NCBI GenBank assembly: GCA_963727775.1
Contig: CAVSHB010000002.1
Span: forward strand, 827,377 to 891,376
DNA: 64,000 nt
DNA from: an uncultured Nitrospiraceae bacterium
Lineage (GTDB): Bacteria > Nitrospirota > Thermodesulfovibrionia > Thermodesulfovibrionales > SM23-35
Direction of reading: 5' to 3'
Position 1 is the first letter of the stretch, and each line of letters begins with the position of its first letter. Below are positions 60,151 through 64,000 of this stretch, piece by piece. A model generated the notes under the pieces. The model had not been told where the DNA came from and searched no databases. It was given only the letters and a program-made list of their open reading frames with translations. Position numbers and translations under genes: made by a program.

Positions 60151-60771
60151 ATGTCAGCAGACCTATATTTAGACAGAATAGATTTTCAGAAATATATTGA
60201 TTCAACTGATTGTACGCAGTGCGGGTTCCCTTCATGCGGGGCATTTGTAGATGCGGTCAGGAAAGGAATAAAGAATCTTCAGGACTGCTCTTTTATCAGT
60301 AGGAATAGGACTTATGCATTTGATGCAATACGAAAAATCGAAGGATTATGGCCTGATGTGCCGCTTCTTACTATTCCAAGACCAAGCTTCGTCGGACTTG
60401 TCGAGCTTAACAAACCTTCTCCTGAATCTTTAGTCCTCATGACCGGCAACAATGAATACACCGAGGAGGTCCTTTTGACGGTTTTGGGAACGACTCTATG
60501 TCCGTTCCATGTGCTGTTTGTTGATACAGGGGGGAATACAGTCGATATGTCAATGATTTATAAAACACTAACAGCTGAAAGAATAAAATCGGCTATGAAA
60601 GAATCAGGTATCGGCGGGAAAGTCGGCGCCAGGTACCTTATGATTCCGGGTCTTGCGGTTTCTTTAAAGGAAGACATCGAACAATTAACGGGATGGAGCG
60701 TCAAGGTTGGCCCGGTATGTGCTGCTGAGCTGCCGCTTTTTCTTTCCGAAATATGGATTCCTCCGGAGTAA
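60151..60771 (+). CDS. Fe-S domain plus corrinoid Fe-S protein (AcsC/CdhE)-like C-terminal domain
   Basis: DCTQCGFPSC..F...C; VLMTGN, DTGG, LMIPG, TGW.V.VGP..AAELP.FL. Confidence 0.7.
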   Translation: MSADLYLDRIDFQKYIDSTDCTQCGFPSCGAFVDAVRKGIKNLQDCSFISRNRTYAFDAIRKIEGLWPDVPLLTIPRPSFVGLVELNKPSPESLVLMTGNNEYTEEVLLTVLGTTLCPFHVLFVDTGGNTVDMSMIYKTLTAERIKSAMKESGIGGKVGARYLMIPGLAVSLKEDIEQLTGWSVKVGPVCAAELPLFLSEIWIPPE

Positions 60772-60901
60772 TGCAAAAATAGAAATTTATAGAGACGCAT
60801 TCAGACTTGTGCTCAGAGCGTATGTCTCAACGTGTTTTAATACTACATAAGATTCTCTATGGTGTGCTAAAATAAGGCAATTTAAGTAGGAGGTTAAGAT
60901 T

Positions 60902-61900
60902 ATGGAGCGGATACTTCTCGGGCACGGCAGCGGCGGTAAACTGATGCATCAGTTAATCATAGATAACTTTGTTCCCCGATTCGATATTAAAGTGCTGAAT
61001 GACGCGGCTGTTCTTAAAGGATTAAACAAAGGTCGCGTTGCTTTTACAACAGATTCATATGTTGTTTCACCTATTTTTTTCCCGGGAGGCAATATCGGCG
61101 AGCTTGCTGTCTACGGCACTGTTAACGACCTTTCAATGGTGGGAGCGAAACCATTGTACATTACTGCAGGGCTCATTCTTGAGGAAGGGTTCCCATTTAG
61201 TGATCTGAAAAAAATATTGTCCTCCATGTCGGCAGCTGCTGAAAGAGCCGGCGTCAAGATAGTCGGCGGAGATACAAAGGTAGTCAACAAAGGCAAGGCG
61301 GATGGTATCTTTATTAACACGTCGGGAGTGGGGATCGTCGCTGACGGCATCGATATATCGCCTTTGAAGGTCAAATCGGGTGATAAGGTCATTCTCAGCG
61401 GCCCGATAGGCAACCACGGTATTTCTGTTATGGCAGAGAGAAACGGGCTCACTTTTAAACCTCCTGTGTTAAGTGATACAGCGCCATTGAACGGTCTTGT
61501 AAATGAAATGCTGAAGAAGACGAAAAAAATACATGCCATGAGAGACCCGACCAGGGGAGGGCTGGCGACTACCCTCAAAGAAATTGCCGTGGATTCACGT
61601 AATTGTATTGAAATTGAAGAAGCGTCCATTCCTGTCCCTCCGGGTGTTAAAGGCGCGTGCGAGCTTCTTGGTCTCGATCCGCTTTATGTTGCAAATGAAG
61701 GAATCCTTATTGCTATAGTGAGTCCTGACGTAGCGGACTTACTTGTCAAGACCATGAGGAAACACCCACTGGGGAAACACGCATGCATAATTGGAGAGGT
61801 GAAGAAAGCGCCCTCTGGGATGATATTATTGAAGACGGCCATCGGCGGAACCAGAATAGTCGAGATGCTTTCGGGTGACCAGTTGCCGAGAATATGCTGA
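60902..61900 (+). CDS. hypE: Hydrogenase maturation protein HypE
   Basis: HGSGG, TTDSYVV.P.FFPGG, GDTKVV, RDPTRGG, terminal PRIC. Confidence 0.96.
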   Translation: MERILLGHGSGGKLMHQLIIDNFVPRFDIKVLNDAAVLKGLNKGRVAFTTDSYVVSPIFFPGGNIGELAVYGTVNDLSMVGAKPLYITAGLILEEGFPFSDLKKILSSMSAAAERAGVKIVGGDTKVVNKGKADGIFINTSGVGIVADGIDISPLKVKSGDKVILSGPIGNHGISVMAERNGLTFKPPVLSDTAPLNGLVNEMLKKTKKIHAMRDPTRGGLATTLKEIAVDSRNCIEIEEASIPVPPGVKGACELLGLDPLYVANEGILIAIVSPDVADLLVKTMRKHPLGKHACIIGEVKKAPSGMILLKTAIGGTRIVEMLSGDQLPRIC

Positions 61901-61921
61901 GATGAGGGTGGGGAGACTCAG

Positions 61922-62647
61922 GTGATACTCGGGGTTAATGTTGACCATACAGCAACGCTAAGACAGGCGAGAAAAGGAATTGAGCCCGATCCTGTGATGG
62001 CTGCGGCCTTGGCGATACTCGGTGGGGCTGACGGTATCACAGTCCATCTCAGAGAAGACAGGCGTCATATACAGGACAGGGATTTAAGGTTGTTGAGGGA
62101 GGTTGTCCCTGTTGAGCTGAATCTCGAGATGGCGGCAACCAAAGAGATGATCGGCATTACTGCAAGAATAAAACCTGACATAGTCACGCTTGTTCCTGAA
62201 AAAAGACAGGAACTTACAACAGAAGGCGGGTTGGACATAAAGTCACACCAAAGGAACATTAGAGATGCAATAAAAAAGATTCAATCTGTCGGTATTCCCG
62301 TAAGCCTATTTATAAATCCGGAACCCGCGGATATCGCAATATCGAAACAGATAGGCGCGGATATGGTTGAAATACATACCGGGGCGTATGCCAATGCAGA
62401 GAGGGCCGGACAAGAAGAAGAACTGGTGCGGGTGATTAAAGCGGTAGAACTTGCATTAGATGCAGGGCTATCGGCTAACGCAGGCCACGGACTCAATTAT
62501 TATAACATTTCAAAAGTGGCTTCTATTAAGGGACTTAGAGGTCTTTATATAGGGCATAGCATTATATCAAGAGCTCTGCTCGTGGGAATGAAGAAGGCGG
62601 TTGGAGATATGAAAGAATTGATAAATTTATCCGGGAGTAAATGTTAA
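61922..62647 (+). CDS. pdxJ: Pyridoxine 5'-phosphate synthase
   Basis: LGVNVDH.ATLR, HLREDRRHI, LVPE...TTEGG, EIHTG, NAGHGL. Confidence 0.96.
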   Translation: MILGVNVDHTATLRQARKGIEPDPVMAAALAILGGADGITVHLREDRRHIQDRDLRLLREVVPVELNLEMAATKEMIGITARIKPDIVTLVPEKRQELTTEGGLDIKSHQRNIRDAIKKIQSVGIPVSLFINPEPADIAISKQIGADMVEIHTGAYANAERAGQEEELVRVIKAVELALDAGLSANAGHGLNYYNISKVASIKGLRGLYIGHSIISRALLVGMKKAVGDMKELINLSGSKC

Positions 62648-63103
62648 ATGGAAAAAAATATTTTGATTTTGTGTTGTGGTTATCCTTATCAGACTGATAA
62701 AGGGTTTGGTTATCGAGTGTCAAAGGTTTTGGAGGAGATGGAACTTCCCCAAAATGTTGAACTAATGGAAGTTGGTGAATCTGCTTCCATGATGCCTTCA
62801 GTTATTGCAGAGAAAAAGAAAGTGCTTATTATAGATGTGTTTCAAACGAGCGATAGTCCAGGTACCATTGTCAGGTTAAAGCCTGAAGAGGTGCCAGTTA
62901 CCGTTAATGGCCTCACGGACATCCCAAAGCGTCATCTTATGGATACATTGGAACATCTGGCGATAATCGGTATGCTGCCCGAAATCATATTTATAGGGGT
63001 AGTTCCTAAAGACATACAGACTGAAAGACAGATCCCATATCTAACCCCCGAGATAGAAGAGCAGGTGCCGCAAGTAGTTAGTTTAATACTCAAAGAAATT
63101 TAA
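62648..63103 (+). CDS. Hydrogenase maturation protease-like protein (HycI/HybD family)
   Basis: G....D.GFG, IIDV, PGTI, GVVP pattern; divergent. Confidence 0.7.
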   Translation: MEKNILILCCGYPYQTDKGFGYRVSKVLEEMELPQNVELMEVGESASMMPSVIAEKKKVLIIDVFQTSDSPGTIVRLKPEEVPVTVNGLTDIPKRHLMDTLEHLAIIGMLPEIIFIGVVPKDIQTERQIPYLTPEIEEQVPQVVSLILKEI

Positions 63104-63160
63104 GAATTATCATTTGGTTGGATGCCCGTGAATTGAACAGATTTGATTACGAACGGCATG

Positions 63161-63757
63161 TTATTTTATTAATTTCCTATTGTACAAGCCTTTTATTATG
63201 GTGGAAACAAAAGATTCAGCGGTTTTTTCGAAAGATTCTTCAAGAACTGTATCAGATATCACCGACCATATCAATTTATCACTTGGCGCTTCAAAAACCT
63301 TTGTTTCAATCATGATATTGCGCCCCGCCGATACGGGTGTTTGACAACAACGAACATAATAACCGTAGAGGTTTTCGGGGTTGGGTTCTGTCAGAGATTC
63401 GTAATATGTTCCTACTTCAGTCACTTTTACCAGCCTTGCAATAAGAACGAAGTCCGTCTTCTGTTCCCTGACCGCTTTTGACAATTCTTCCTTAGTTGGC
63501 AATATCTCTTCCTCAAATAATGTATGACTGGGAACGACATGAATATTTCTCAATGCCAACTGTCTCTTAACTTCCTCTTCAAAAAAGTGTTTTTCTTCGG
63601 GACTGTAAAAAATTCCGATAACAAGGAGTTTTTTAAGTGGACTTCCCTGAAATGTGTGGTCAAACCACTCTGATTTCAAGGCATTATCAGCACATGAATG
63701 CCCAGTAACAGCTAAAATTATTAGGAGGATATTATATAAGAATAATTTGATTTTCAC
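63161..63757 (-). CDS. Putative lipoprotein of unknown function
   Basis: Hydrophobic signal followed by Cys (AVTGHSC); KLIWS motif. GTG start at 63757 preferred over the ORF-track start at 63844. Confidence 0.55.
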   Translation of the reverse strand: MKIKLFLYNILLIILAVTGHSCADNALKSEWFDHTFQGSPLKKLLVIGIFYSPEEKHFFEEEVKRQLALRNIHVVPSHTLFEEEILPTKEELSKAVREQKTDFVLIARLVKVTEVGTYYESLTEPNPENLYGYYVRCCQTPVSAGRNIMIETKVFEAPSDKLIWSVISDTVLEESFEKTAESFVSTIIKGLYNRKLIK

Positions 63758-63793
63758 CTTCTCACCAAGACTATATTGCTGAAAGTATACAAG

Positions 63794-63855
63794 AAATTTG
63801 TTCAAACTTAAATATGATTTATTTTTGAGATTAAATTTGTTCAAACTTAAATATG
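63794..63855. repeat. 23-bp direct repeat, two copies
   Basis: AAATTTGTTCAAACTTAAATATG at 63794 and 63833. Confidence 0.75.
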
Positions 63856-64000
63856 CAGTTATTCACAATACTCTTTTGTAAAAGAGATAGCGGCTTAAGG
63901 TAAACTGGATTTAGGTCATCTGACAAAAGTGAAAAGATTCTTGACACTATTCAATTGGCTTTAAACTGTTTTCTGTAAGCGTTTTTCAACAGGCTGATAA

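Noticed and set aside
60151..60771. Mercury methylase HgcA
   Set aside because: Lacks the N(V/I)WCA(A/G)GK cap helix and TM domain; no hgcB ferredoxin follows.
63794..63855. CRISPR array
   Set aside because: Only two 23-bp repeats with a 16-bp gap; looks like a simple duplication.

Overview
Bacterial chromosomal window. The gene content (rplI-dnaB, rplU-rpmA-obgE, hyp genes, TMTC-like TPR proteins) suggests an anaerobic Nitrospirota/Desulfobacterota-like organism; this is inference only. Backbone: thrC plus a cystathionine gamma-synthase-like gene, a TetR-led RND/TolC/MacAB/EmrAB efflux cluster, housekeeping genes, yvcK-pgm, a divergent CysRS paralogue, MATE, trxC, ribD, glycosyltransferases, hydrogenase maturation genes and pdxJ. 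Mobile DNA is abundant: IS1380, IS1182, IS256, IS607, two tnpB-only IS200/IS605 elements, two pairs of MITE-like repeats and a palindromic repeat pair. A roughly 7 kb island of toxin-antitoxin genes and gene remnants separates emrA from emrB. The best candidate for an undescribed system lies in that island: an intact ORF (16507-17940) fusing a DUF4062/TIR-like domain to a catalytically degenerate DnaB helicase C-terminal domain that resembles the host DnaB. It may be an anti-phage decoy sensor-effector. All family calls come from motif recognition by eye; no searches were run.
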